Origin: Candidatus Uhrbacteria bacterium
Lineage (GTDB): Bacteria; Patescibacteriota; Patescibacteriia; GWA2-47-26
Direction: 5' to 3'
Length of the DNA: 64,000 nt
Assembly (NCBI GenBank): GCA_016187515.1
Contig: JACPJN010000007.1
Location: forward strand, 4,046-68,045
Each line of letters begins with the position of its first letter. Position 1 is the first letter of the stretch. The position numbers were made by a program, and so were the translations under genes. Positions 39,117 through 47,642 of this stretch are shown here, piece after piece. The notes below the pieces were generated by a model. The model had not been told where the DNA came from and did not search any database. It worked only from the letters and a program-made list of their open reading frames with translations.

Positions 39117-39647
39117 ATGTCTATCCGCACCGTTCTTTTTTCCATAATGCTCGCGCTAGGATGTGGTACAATTTCCCATCCGCAGACCCCCCATCCGCAG
39201 ACCGGAGTCTACCACGCCACCCTGGGCTCGAACGCTGACCATCCCATCTGCGAAGCAGCCCTGCGCCAGTTTGTCGTGCCAGGCGAGGTGACCTTTGTCC
39301 ATTTCTGGGCAAGCTGGTGTACGGCGTGCGCTGTCGTATCCGAACACATACAACAGCGATTCGCAGATCAGATTAGGATTGTATATCTCGACCTTGGGGA
39401 TCCGCGCAATGCCAGCGAGGATATCATGCAACTATGCGGCCATAAAGGACTTCCAATTGATATCGTTTACAGCCGTACTGGCCGGATGATCCTCAACGCC
39501 TCACCCTACAAGATCGTGCGCAACCGCTCAATTGTCCAATCCTACGATCCCCAACAACCGGAGGGGATTATAGAATATATCACTTTCCTCGATGCCGTAG
39601 TGACGAAGCTCCTGAAGCTACCGCCATCTCCCCATCGGCTCAAGTGA
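39117..39647 (+). CDS. thioredoxin-fold lipoprotein (TlpA/ResA-like thiol-disulfide oxidoreductase), cassette A
   Basis: SD GGAGG; MSIRTVLFSIMLALGC lipobox signal peptide; WCTAC active site (FVHFWASWCTACAV); GC-rich. Confidence 0.7.
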   Translation: MSIRTVLFSIMLALGCGTISHPQTPHPQTGVYHATLGSNADHPICEAALRQFVVPGEVTFVHFWASWCTACAVVSEHIQQRFADQIRIVYLDLGDPRNASEDIMQLCGHKGLPIDIVYSRTGRMILNASPYKIVRNRSIVQSYDPQQPEGIIEYITFLDAVVTKLLKLPPSPHRLK

Positions 39648-39797
39648 CCAACTCGCGCGGACTCTCACCGGTTCGCACCTTTTTTTCTATGGGACTATTG
39701 CCGGGACTGTTGCCGAATGTGCTCTCGTAGCGAAAAGCGCGCCCGCCCCTTCGACATCCAACTCCGGCTATGCTTCCTCTGGCGGCCATTTTCTCCC

Positions 39798-39843
39798 GCC
39801 CCGCCCGCGCGCTTCCTGCGCCGGCCGGGGTTTCTTTTTTATT
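39798..39843 (+). terminator. cassette terminator module (copy A)
   Basis: ccccgcccgcgcgcttcctgcgccggccggggtttctttttt; near-identical copies at 40893-40938 and 41744-41788, each followed by att(a/g)acgcaccaccat. Confidence 0.65.
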
Positions 39844-39995
39844 AACGCACCACCATCTCGATCGCAGCCAGAATTGATTCCCGTTTTTTAAAGTCGCCTC
39901 GCTTGACGTATTTCAATGCTCCGTACAATTCTTCTAAATTTTTCTGGAGACCACTGATTTTCCTGGAAACCGCCGTCGACAACTACTGTCCATTC

Positions 39996-40031
39996 TGTCC
40001 CAAAATCTCACGGCCGTGAGATTTTGGGACA
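39996..40031. repeat. 36-bp perfect palindrome TGTCCCAAAATCTCACGGCCGTGAGATTTTGGGACA (copy 1)
   Basis: Exact inverted repeat followed by aatttttgttttg; identical copies at 40991, 41807, 42915, 46695. Confidence 0.85.
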
Positions 40032-40089
40032 ATTTTTGTTTTGCGATCCTCGTCAAGTGGATAACCCCCCCTTTTTTTCTACACCCCCC

Positions 40090-40118
40090 TTGACAATCAA
40101 ACAAAATCATGCTATTAT
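40090..40118 (+). promoter_or_regulatory. cassette B promoter TTGACA-N17-TATTAT
   Basis: TTGACA 40090-40095, TATTAT 40113-40118; embedded in a ~110-bp module (39996-40125) almost identical to 40991-41125. Confidence 0.65.
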
Positions 40119-40194
40119 AGCAGGATGCCTTTTGGCGTCCTGTGTGGCATTTCGCCGCGCGGCATGAACTTTCCATCAGCAAAAAGAGGACATC

Positions 40195-40851
40195 ATGCTC
40201 GTTCATTGGTTGTTCAAGGACGTCTTCATGATGGTGGCAATCGGTTTCATCGCGGTGGTCGCGCTCACCATCATCCTACATGCGGTGATGCGACCCATCC
40301 TGCGGAAGCTCACACTTGGCGACTACGAGAAATTCCTCCACAAGCCGAGCAACTATGTGGTGCAGGAGTATCCCTCTGCGTCCCACGGTGGCGGCGCGCT
40401 CAACAGGGCTGCAGTGAGACGACATGCCGAACGTTGGGCTAAGCTCGGCAACGAATGGGGACTCGCCATGGTGGCCTGCGTGGCGATCATCGCTGCAGTG
40501 ATGATCTTCGGCATCCACACGGCGAGCCAGAATTCCAATCCCCTGGAGGTGATCACGCCATACCTCAACTGGATTGGTGTGTGGTTCTTCCTTGCCATCG
40601 CCTGCCTGGTGCCGCACAAGATCTGTCTGACCATCGCGCGGTGGTACGAAAACGGCGCCGAGAACGGGAGGTTGCCGCCCCTGCCCGGCGCCCCCGAGAA
40701 CTCGCTGGCTCGGATCTCAATATCGGTCAAGAACGATCCCGATCCTCTCCCCTATGCGATCAAGGACATCAACCAGTTCGTCGCGATGGTGGTGGAGGGA
40801 CCACAATTCTCGTGGTGGCGGTACCAGCTTCGTCGGATGTTTTGTCGGTAG
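40195..40851 (+). CDS. membrane protein (hypothetical, ~3 TM), cassette B
   Basis: 218 aa; SD AAAGAGG; TM helices; no known domain. Confidence 0.5.
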   Translation: MLVHWLFKDVFMMVAIGFIAVVALTIILHAVMRPILRKLTLGDYEKFLHKPSNYVVQEYPSASHGGGALNRAAVRRHAERWAKLGNEWGLAMVACVAIIAAVMIFGIHTASQNSNPLEVITPYLNWIGVWFFLAIACLVPHKICLTIARWYENGAENGRLPPLPGAPENSLARISISVKNDPDPLPYAIKDINQFVAMVVEGPQFSWWRYQLRRMFCR

Positions 40852-40892
40852 TGGACCGTACCTACATGTGTCCCACCGGCGAAACTCTCTGT

Positions 40893-40938
40893 TCCGCCCC
40901 GCCCGCGCGCTTCCTGCGCCGGCCGGGGCTTCTTTTTT
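40893..40938 (+). terminator. cassette terminator module (copy B)
   Basis: ccgccccgcccgcgcgcttcctgcgccggccggggcttctttttt. Confidence 0.65.
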
Positions 40939-40990
40939 ATGTGCAGGTTGTGTGTATATGAGCTTTTCCCATTTGCCACCCGTTTGCCAC

Positions 40991-41026
40991 CCGCATCCGA
41001 TTGTCCCAAAATCTCACGGCCGTGAG
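40991..41026. repeat. 36-bp perfect palindrome (copy 2)
   Basis: Identical to copy 1. Confidence 0.85.
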
Positions 41027-41092
41027 ATTTTGGGACAATTTTTGTTTTGCGATCCTCGTCAAGTGGATAACTCCCCCCTTTCTACATCCCTC

Positions 41093-41121
41093 TTGACAAT
41101 CAAGCGATTATATGCCATTAT
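41093..41121 (+). promoter_or_regulatory. cassette C promoter TTGACA-N17-CATTAT
   Basis: TTGACA 41093-41098; -10 41116-41121. Confidence 0.6.
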
Positions 41122-41162
41122 TAAACTAGGCAACCCCGCCTGAAAGTGAAAGTGAGGATACC

Positions 41163-41723
41163 ATGCAGCGAACCTTTGTTCTTTTCGTCTTTCTTGGCGC
41201 CGCCTGCGGCGGCAAGGCAGGCCCGACGCGTCCCGAGCTCGGCAGTACCGAATGCTATGCTGCCCAAGCGCTCCCTCAAATCCGGGGCGATCGGCCTCTG
41301 CACTGCGCGTTCCAGGATCAGCTGCCTGCCGAGGTGTCTCACCTCGTCGCGATGGCACGCCTGAGGATTGAGTGCGATCCGGAAAAAGTGATGGCCGCGG
41401 TGTCGTTTAACCACCACTTGCCGGAAGAAGAACCGAAATTCATTGAGGTGGCATGCAATGATGACTACCCAACCGAGCTCGTCTGCGGATGGACTACCAA
41501 CTTCCGCATCACCGCCCACGACTTCGGCGAAGGAACAACTCGGGTAATCATCCGAAGCGACTGCCCTTTGCCCGAATACGGAGGCGTCCGCTGCAGCGAT
41601 CAGATTCCCCCGCATGCAATATTCACCTCAACAGAAAGACATTGCGAGACGGGTGACGCGCTGCTTATCAATCCGGTCAGCTCCAACCAGGAAATTACGG
41701 TCTGGGCCGACCCGATCGACTGA
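41163..41723 (+). CDS. Cys-rich secreted/lipoprotein-like protein (hypothetical), cassette C
   Basis: 186 aa; signal peptide MQRTFVLFVFLGAAC; at least 9 Cys; SD GAGGA. Confidence 0.5.
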   Translation: MQRTFVLFVFLGAACGGKAGPTRPELGSTECYAAQALPQIRGDRPLHCAFQDQLPAEVSHLVAMARLRIECDPEKVMAAVSFNHHLPEEEPKFIEVACNDDYPTELVCGWTTNFRITAHDFGEGTTRVIIRSDCPLPEYGGVRCSDQIPPHAIFTSTERHCETGDALLINPVSSNQEITVWADPID

Positions 41724-41743
41724 TCGCTCCACCAACCCGTTCC

Positions 41744-41788
41744 CCCCCCGCCCGCGCGCGCCCACGCGCCGGCCGGGGTTTCTTTTTT
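41744..41788 (+). terminator. cassette terminator module (copy C)
   Basis: cccccccgcccgcgcgcgcccacgcgccggccggggtttctttttt. Confidence 0.65.
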
Positions 41789-41806
41789 ATTGACGCACCA
41801 CCATTC

Positions 41807-41842
41807 TGTCCCAAAATCTCACGGCCGTGAGATTTTGGGACA
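41807..41842. repeat. 36-bp perfect palindrome (copy 3)
   Basis: Identical sequence; between convergent cassette C and PaaX-like gene. Confidence 0.85.
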
Positions 41843-41941
41843 ACCTTTGTTTCTAGATCCTTTTCGAGATCCTCTTTCTTCCGCCCCTTTTTGTACCATC
41901 TAGTGCTCGATAATACTCAACCAACGCTTGATACTTTGGTA

Positions 41942-42649
41942 CTATTTTGACTTTCTCCTTTTCTGCTTCACTTTAAAATATGCACGCGGTGATAAATCAT
42001 AAATCTCACCATCTTCCTTCTGTCGCTGCATCTGCCGCCAAACCCGTATTACGCGCGGGCTGCATTTTTTACAGTCGGCTTCAATCAGCGCGTAATATCG
42101 GTGCAAGCCAAGGTACTTTAATAAGCCGTGTAGCGCTGGTTCGGGATTGTACTTTGTAACCCACACGGAAAACTGCCACATTTGAAATCCGCTTGCTTTA
42201 AGAAGTTTCCGTAAGTGATCGCGATGCTTTCGCAACCGTTCTGGAATATCAAAAATTACCACCCGCCAGGCGCGATCCCACTTTTGTTTGCGCTGATCTT
42301 CCATGTGCTGTATAAATCGTATCCGCAGTATTTCGTACTTACCCTTGGCAGTCAAACGATACAACTGCTCCTCTCCTTCTTGCACTAACTCGATGTAATG
42401 TTCCTGCTTTAAATAGTGGATACGCCGCATCAGCCGCCTATATTCTCGTTTTCTGCGCGCGCGTTCACGTTCTATATAGGCCACTGGTCCAAAGCCGCCT
42501 AAACTCCAGCGTACATGCGATGGCACGTGGATACCTCCCCCCTTTAGATTTGTAGCCTGAAGTTCGAGCAATGCGATTTGTAACTCTTGCAGTTGTAATC
42601 GAGTACTCATAGATATGAGACCGCTGAACAATTGATTATTCGTGTTCAT
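41942..42649 (-). CDS. PaaX-family transcriptional regulator (winged HTH + PaaX_C-like domain)
   Basis: 235 aa; YRLTAKGKYEIL resembles PaaX wHTH FYSLTxKG; WDRAWRVVIFDIPERLRKHRDHLRKLLKASGFQMWQFSVWV matches PaaX_C WDGxW...LxxxGFGxLxxGVW; family match is inference from motif recall, no search run. Confidence 0.55.
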   Translation of the reverse strand: MNTNNQLFSGLISMSTRLQLQELQIALLELQATNLKGGGIHVPSHVRWSLGGFGPVAYIERERARRKREYRRLMRRIHYLKQEHYIELVQEGEEQLYRLTAKGKYEILRIRFIQHMEDQRKQKWDRAWRVVIFDIPERLRKHRDHLRKLLKASGFQMWQFSVWVTKYNPEPALHGLLKYLGLHRYYALIEADCKKCSPRVIRVWRQMQRQKEDGEIYDLSPRAYFKVKQKRRKSK

Positions 42650-42914
42650 TCGTAAGGCCGCCTGGCCAGGGCAGCGCAGGAAACCGGCGATTCCGGCGGC
42701 CGTCTATTCGCCTGCCCCGCACCAAGCCGCAGTCGGCGCCTCTTTAATACCCTAGGGATAGCCGCAGGCGGCATCCGTGGCTCGCCCAGCCATTCACCAC
42801 TGCCTTTCTTCGGGCTTTGGTGCTGGGGTGGATATTCGTGTGAACCTGCGCAGGTGTTAGTTCTTCAACATTCTCAGATATGCGCTTCAAAGGGACATTC
42901 AGCATCCGGCTTTT

Positions 42915-42950
42915 TGTCCCAAAATCTCACGGCCGTGAGATTTTGGGACA
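42915..42950. repeat. 36-bp perfect palindrome (copy 4)
   Basis: Identical; upstream (gene sense) of PaaX-like gene, beyond a ~260-nt GC-rich leader. Confidence 0.85.
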
Positions 42951-43044
42951 AAAGCGCACGGTTACGTTTTTGTAATTTTATGTACAATTTTTTTCGAAAT
43001 CACTCCGCGAAATCACTCCGGAGATTTCAATTCTACGATGCATA

Positions 43045-44211
43045 TCACCGCAGTGCATTCTTGACTACTTCCACAATTCTCCCCCCATACCTCCCCACAT
43101 CGCGGACGCTGACCGCGGCCACCAGCAGAATCAGCAAGACAAAACCCGCGGCGTGCACCCAGCCCTCAACGCGCCGGGCCACCGGCCGGCCGCGCAACTT
43201 TTCAATCAAAATAAACAGGATGCGTCCGCCATCCAGCGCCGGAAACGGGAGCACATTTAGAATTGCCAGGTTAATCGAAAGGATGGCCATAAACTGAAGC
43301 AGATTTACTAATCCTTGCCGCGCCGCCTGTCCGGTTAACACCGCGATGCCAACCGGACCGGTAAGATCCGCGCCAACCGGCCTACCTAAAACCGCGTCCC
43401 GGATCAGTTCCGCGAAAGCTACCACAATCGTTTTTGAAAGCACCGCAGTAATTTCCACCGCTTTAGGGACCGCGAGCCACAGCGGATAGCGGACGGTTCC
43501 CACATCCGCAATCATCACGCCGATTCCCGGAGCTTTGGTTTTTTCTAAAATAATCGGCGTAACTTCTGCCTGTCGTAGCTGACCTTGGGCCTGAAATTCA
43601 ACGCGAATGGGTTGGCTTAAAAACTCGGCCGCCACATTTTTAACCGCCTCCGCTTTCTCAAGCGGCTGGCCATTTAGCGAAATAATCCGCGCGCCAGGGG
43701 CAATTCCGGCGCGCTCTGCCGGGCCACCGGGCAGCACTCCCATTACCTCCACATGCCGATCTTGTATCCGCGCGTGCGCGGAAATGTCATCTTCAATTAC
43801 TTGCGGAAAACCAAGGGCAAATCCTCCCGAAATCAAGACGACCGCGAGTAACGCATTCATGAGCACTCCGGCGGCAATAATCCAGACCCGTCGGTAAGCC
43901 GGCAGTCCGGCAAAACTATCCCCGGACTCGATTTCTTCTCCGGATTCGCCTTTGATTCTCACAAATCCGCCAAACGGAAGCGCGTTGATGGAGTAAACAG
44001 TCCCTCCCTCGCGCGCCTTAAAATCTTTCGGATTGCCCCAGACGATCTTACGACGCCCGTTCACCCGCTGAATGCCTACTACCCGCGGGGGAAATCCAAA
44101 TCCAAATTCATCTACCCGCAAACCCGCGCGCTTGGCGGTAATAAAATGCCCGAACTCGTGGACAAAAACTAAAACGGAGAGGACGAGGAGGAAAATGAGG
44201 AGAGTGAGCAT
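43045..44211 (-). CDS. rseP: RIP metalloprotease RseP (site-2 protease, M50 family)
   Basis: HEFGHFITAK HExxH in first TM, PDZ domain, LDGG motif; probable start MLTLLIFLLV. Confidence 0.85.
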   Translation of the reverse strand: MLTLLIFLLVLSVLVFVHEFGHFITAKRAGLRVDEFGFGFPPRVVGIQRVNGRRKIVWGNPKDFKAREGGTVYSINALPFGGFVRIKGESGEEIESGDSFAGLPAYRRVWIIAAGVLMNALLAVVLISGGFALGFPQVIEDDISAHARIQDRHVEVMGVLPGGPAERAGIAPGARIISLNGQPLEKAEAVKNVAAEFLSQPIRVEFQAQGQLRQAEVTPIILEKTKAPGIGVMIADVGTVRYPLWLAVPKAVEITAVLSKTIVVAFAELIRDAVLGRPVGADLTGPVGIAVLTGQAARQGLVNLLQFMAILSINLAILNVLPFPALDGGRILFILIEKLRGRPVARRVEGWVHAAGFVLLILLVAAVSVRDVGRYGGRIVEVVKNALR

Positions 44212-44328
44212 AGAATATAGTTGTGGGTGTAGTTGTCGCAGCCCGTACCGTCTACGGTGTAGTCCTACGGCCAATTGACAACACCTTATGACGAAACCGA
44301 TACGAGCAGCGAAACCGCCACCGTATAA

Positions 44329-45153
44329 CTACAGCCTTGCGGCTTTAAGATTAATGGACATTCCGAGCCATTTTTCCGCCAGTTCCTGAAATTTCGGCGT
44401 TTTTTTGCTGACATAGAATTCGTGTTTCGGAGCACTCATAACTCCCCTAACCCCTCTTACCTTAAGAGGGGAATCCGATTGATCGTTCCTCCCCTTAAGG
44501 TAAGGGGAGGCAGGAGGGGTTATGAACTGTTGAACTTCACGCGCCACCGTCTCCGCCGAATCCACGAGCTGCACACGATTGCCCACAATATCAGCAATCA
44601 CGCCTTTAAGCCAGGGGTAATGCGTACACCCTAAAATAAGCGTATCAACCTGCGCGCGCTGAAACGGCGCAAGATACTGCTCCGCCACTTCATAGGTCGT
44701 CGGATGCACCAAGCGCCCAGCTTCAACCAGCGGAACGAACAAGGGACATTCCCGGGCATTAATGCCGCGGCACCATTTTTGATACGCGCCGCTTTGCACA
44801 GTGGTCCGCGTGCCAATTACTCCAATCCGGCCATTATGTGTCCGGCGCAGCGCTTCGCGCACGGCCGGAGTAATCACTTCAAAAATCGGCACGCTGGGAA
44901 ATTCCTTGCGCAACGCTAATCCCGACACCGCGGAGGCCGTATTGCAGCCCACCACAATCATTTGCGCTTTTTTCTTTAGTAAAAACTTCGCGTTTTGCAG
45001 CGCGTAGCCCGCCACGGTCTCCGGCGGCTTATTGCCGTACGGCGTTCGCGCCGTATCGCCAAAATAAATAATTTTCTCGCGGGGTAGCGCCGCCATTACG
45101 GCTTTCGCCACGGTCAATCCGCCGAGTCCTGAATCGAAAATTCCGATTGTCAT
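44329..45153 (-). CDS. murI: glutamate racemase with in-frame REP-like insertions
   Basis: IGIFDSGLGGLTVAKAV, GCNTAS, GCTHYP motifs; inserts DSPLKVRG(VRG) encoded by REP copies at 44440-44528. Confidence 0.85.
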   Translation of the reverse strand: MTIGIFDSGLGGLTVAKAVMAALPREKIIYFGDTARTPYGNKPPETVAGYALQNAKFLLKKKAQMIVVGCNTASAVSGLALRKEFPSVPIFEVITPAVREALRRTHNGRIGVIGTRTTVQSGAYQKWCRGINARECPLFVPLVEAGRLVHPTTYEVAEQYLAPFQRAQVDTLILGCTHYPWLKGVIADIVGNRVQLVDSAETVAREVQQFITPPASPYLKGRNDQSDSPLKVRGVRGVMSAPKHEFYVSKKTPKFQELAEKWLGMSINLKAARL

Positions 45154-45950
45154 AGAACCCCAAGCCAAGAGCGAATAAATTGTTTTGTCTGCTTTGGACC
45201 GGAAACCGCAATGCACTTAACTCCAGTACGGCGCACGGCAAAGTCGTTGCCACCGGGAAATAACGCATCGCCGATAAATAACATCTGCCGTTTTGGAACA
45301 TGTAAATGTTTTTCAATCTGTCGTATCCCATAGGCCTTATCAATACCCTTTTTGGTCACATCAATGGAGGTATAACCCGCAGCACGAACTTCCAAGTTCG
45401 GTAAACGACGCTGCAGAGCGCGCGCGAGTTTCATTTTAATCTTTTTATTCCCTGCCAGCCACTGCTTTTTAAGTTCTACCCCGCGCTGACCTAAGGACGC
45501 GACAATTTCCTGTCCCAAAGCGGAAAAAGTCACTTGCGTGCCGCGATCTTCAATCACCGAGCCATAAACCTTCTTGGGATGCACATAACCAACTTCTCTG
45601 AATGCCTCTTGGAAAGCTTTGCGGATCGCCTGTTTTTCTCTTTTGGTAAGTTTCAATTCATACACCTTTTTCCATCCAGACGCGTAACGATAAAAAGCCG
45701 TGGCCGTGGTGGGAAACAGAAAAAGATTTCCCAGCAACTTTGTTGGCGCGCGCAAATGACCGATAAATTGACTTTTAAAAACGTCGTATTTGCCGCCGCC
45801 GATAACCGCCACTATTTTCTTTTTTAATAGTGCCTTAAGCAGTCCCGACATCTCTTTATCCATTGGGGATTTGGTCTCGGTAAGCGTCCCGTCCAAGTCA
45901 AACACAATAAGCGTTTGCTTGATTAGATCGGCATCTTGGCGGGCTTGCAT
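45150..45950 (-). CDS. HAD-superfamily hydrolase (IIB-like)
   Basis: Motif I LIVFDLDGTLTE, motif IV FIGDALFPGGND. Confidence 0.65.
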   Translation of the reverse strand: MQARQDADLIKQTLIVFDLDGTLTETKSPMDKEMSGLLKALLKKKIVAVIGGGKYDVFKSQFIGHLRAPTKLLGNLFLFPTTATAFYRYASGWKKVYELKLTKREKQAIRKAFQEAFREVGYVHPKKVYGSVIEDRGTQVTFSALGQEIVASLGQRGVELKKQWLAGNKKIKMKLARALQRRLPNLEVRAAGYTSIDVTKKGIDKAYGIRQIEKHLHVPKRQMLFIGDALFPGGNDFAVRRTGVKCIAVSGPKQTKQFIRSWLGVL

Positions 45951-46031
45951 ATAATAGTTTCCCATTATATACTATCTACATCAATTCGCCAATTCCATAA
46001 TTCATGCCTCATAATTCATAATTCACTCAAT

Positions 46032-46589
46032 ATGCCTACCTACCTTTGGATAATTCTCGCCGTCGCCGCCGTCCTAGTTCTTTGGGTCATTGCCATCTAT
46101 AATGGCCTGATAACTCGCCGAAACCGCGTGCAAGAGTCCTGGTCTGATATTGATGTTCAGCTAAAACGCCGCTATGATCTTATCCCCAACCTCATGGAAT
46201 CCGTCAAGGGATATATGCAACATGAGCGGGGCACGCTTGAAAAAGTTACTGCGGCGCGTACCGCGGCAATGGGCGCGAAAACCATGGCCGAACATGCCAA
46301 ATCAGAAAACATGCTGACCGAAGCATTAAAATCCATTTTTGCCGTAGCGGAAAATTATCCGGATCTCAAGGCCTCGCAAAACTTCCTCCAGCTCCAAGAT
46401 GAACTTTCCGACACGGAGAACAAAATCCAAGCCGCCCGACGGTTCTATAACGGGAATGTCATGAACTTTAACACGCGCATCCAAAGTGTGCCCGCCAATC
46501 TCGTGGCCGGCATGTTCAGCTTCAAAACGCGAGAATTTTTTGAACTTTCCGAACCCGCCGCGCGCGAGGCGGTAAAAGTGCATTTTTGA
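46032..46589 (+). CDS. lemA: LemA family protein
   Basis: N-terminal TM then LemA signature region NRVQESWSDIDVQLKRRYDLIPNL...; terminator ccccgcccccacaaaggcgggtttttgttttt at 46630-46660. Confidence 0.8.
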   Translation: MPTYLWIILAVAAVLVLWVIAIYNGLITRRNRVQESWSDIDVQLKRRYDLIPNLMESVKGYMQHERGTLEKVTAARTAAMGAKTMAEHAKSENMLTEALKSIFAVAENYPDLKASQNFLQLQDELSDTENKIQAARRFYNGNVMNFNTRIQSVPANLVAGMFSFKTREFFELSEPAAREAVKVHF

Positions 46590-46694
46590 TTCGCGAATGA
46601 TTACAAATTACTCACGAATGTATACGAATCCCCGCCCCCACAAAGGCGGGTTTTTGTTTTTCTGGAAACTACTGTCTGAAACGACCGCCTCTCC

Positions 46695-46730
46695 TGTCCC
46701 AAAATCTCACGGCCGTGAGATTTTGGGACA
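46695..46730. repeat. 36-bp perfect palindrome (copy 5), with extended imperfect arms 46683-46740
   Basis: Between convergent lemA and 46914..47525 gene. Confidence 0.85.
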
Positions 46731-46913
46731 TAGGCGGTTCGCGCACCTACCCATTACTAAACGTCCCGCATTGGGCGCGATCGAGCCAAATACGGGACGA
46801 CTTGTGTATACCGGTGCATACCGGAAAGGCAGCGGTTAGGATAAAAAACAAGCCCGGGCGGAAGAAAACGAATCTTCCACTCGGGCCGAGGAACAGGAAC
46901 AGGGGCCGACTGA

Positions 46914-47525
46914 CTACTGCGCCGCGGCGACCGGCGCGGTCAGGTCGCGATGCTGGACGTGATACAGGCGCCAGAGCGTAAGGATCGTGAGCACTCCTTC
47001 GACGACGACAACCACTCCCCACACCGTCCTACCCAGCATCAAAATACCAAAGAGCGTAACCGCCCCCACTCCGAAGATCGCAATCGCCCACCCGTACGGT
47101 ACACCCAACAACGCATCTGCGGAGGGGGCGAGGACGAGGGCGAAGACGAAGGCGACAACAACGAAGACGTAGATGGCGGTACCGATGGCACCGACGGTGT
47201 CGACGGCGGCGATGGTGGCGGTGGTGGTGGCGGTGGTTTCGAGGGCGAGGGCGATGGTGGCGGCGAAGATGGCGACGATGGTGGTGGCGGTGGTGGCGAA
47301 GATGGCTGCGGCGGCGCGGAAGGCGACAACGACGACGGCGAAGGCGGTGGCGATGATGGCGGAGGCGGCGGTGGCCTCCTCCTGACTCGCATTTGCCAGA
47401 AGAGCGATGTGGTACGCTCCTGCCGCTACCAGGAGCCCGCTGATTGTGAAAAGAACGATTTTCTTCATCGTTATACCCTGCTTTCTTTTGTTTTGGGTTT
47501 GGGAACGATAATCCTTATATACCAC
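46914..47525 (-). CDS. low-complexity Ala/Thr/Val-rich polytopic membrane protein (hypothetical)
   Basis: Signal/TM MKKIVLFTISGLLVAAGAY; body encoded by (GGY/GCC)n simple-sequence DNA 47160-47400; TTGACA-N17-TATATA promoter just upstream (47516-47544, minus strand); other frames also open so frame choice rests on promoter and N-terminal signal. Confidence 0.4.
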   Translation of the reverse strand: MVYKDYRSQTQNKRKQGITMKKIVLFTISGLLVAAGAYHIALLANASQEEATAASAIIATAFAVVVVAFRAAAAIFATTATTIVAIFAATIALALETTATTTATIAAVDTVGAIGTAIYVFVVVAFVFALVLAPSADALLGVPYGWAIAIFGVGAVTLFGILMLGRTVWGVVVVVEGVLTILTLWRLYHVQHRDLTAPVAAAQ

Positions 47526-47564
47526 ACTTTCGACATATTGTCAAGTTTGGGGTACAATATGATG

Positions 47565-47642
47565 TGTACGAATTACGAATCATCGTACGAATACAACGAA
47601 TTCGTAATATTCGTGCAACATTCGTTGATTCGTACACAAATA
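47565..47642. repeat. TACGAAT palindromic element forming the htpX leader
   Basis: tgtacgaattacgaat...cattcgttgattcgtacacaaat then ATG; terminal inverted repeats TGTACGAAT/ATTCGTACA. Confidence 0.7.

Noticed and set aside
39934-40206. ORF 39934..40206 (-) and ORF 42854..43297 (+) containing QNLTAVRFWD
   Set aside because: Both merely translate the 36-bp palindrome and adjacent promoter module. No SD is present, and they conflict with the cassette architecture.
42650-42910. RNase P, SRP or 6S RNA in GC-rich noncoding stretches (also 4180-4345, 52800-53330)
   Set aside because: None of the hallmark motifs (RNase P GGAAAGUCCGGGCUCC, SRP domain IV AGGAAGCAG) could be found. These stretches are left as unclassified structured regions.
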